Shown: positions 34,113-34,113 of the stretch, in pieces
How the letters are laid out: every line of letters starts with the position of its first letter
Position numbering within the stretch: the first letter of the stretch is position 1
NCBI GenBank assembly: GCA_020058315.1
Contig: JAGVEK010000484.1
Coordinates: 1 to 34,113, forward strand
DNA: 34,113 nucleotides
Direction: 5' to 3'
From: Candidatus Zixiibacteriota bacterium
Lineage (GTDB): Bacteria > Zixibacteria > MSB-5A5 > WJJR01
Translations under genes and position numbers: made by a program
The notes under the pieces: model-generated
What the model was told of the DNA's origin: nothing
The model's database searches: none
Seen by the model: only the letters and a program-made list of their open reading frames with translations

Positions 34113-34113
34113 C

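Overview
GC-rich (visually about 60-65%) window that looks like a bacterial, probably Planctomycetota/Phycisphaerae-like, genome. The host inference rests on an IPTL-CTERM tail, a dockerin-like C-terminus, a SEC-C protein and a recD2 fragment. Ordinary cargo genes (nitroreductase, HDAC-family deacetylase, rhomboid protease, DUF4038 glycosidase-like, ADP-ribosylglycohydrolase, DEDDh exonuclease, TPR protein, large CARDB surface protein) are interleaved with the backbone of an apparent mobile element with archaeal character. The backbone has four parts. (1) An Orc1/Cdc6-type initiator gene (23978-25078) followed by an origin-like region: four about 22-bp direct repeats at 88-90 bp spacing, an AT-rich tract and one inverted repeat copy. 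(2) Five BRE/TATA-like boxes ahead of backbone operons, four of them ending 22-23 nt before the SD(-like) site or start codon, plus GAGGTGA-type ribosome-binding sites. (3) A HerA/VirB4-like ATPase fused to wHTH and PD-(D/E)xK domains, a multi-TM/coiled-coil operon, and a Zn-ribbon/kleisin-like/wHTH operon. (4) A leading-region-like block of small acidic genes, an ArdC-like gene and a PC4-like SSB candidate, preceded by repeated palindromes or long stem-loops. A Trp-rich solenoid repeat protein runs off the left edge and an att-like tRNA-Gly(CCC) remnant lies near 29.9 kb. No integrase, rRNA, intact tRNA or CRISPR-Cas was seen. All family calls come from motif recognition by eye; no searches were run.
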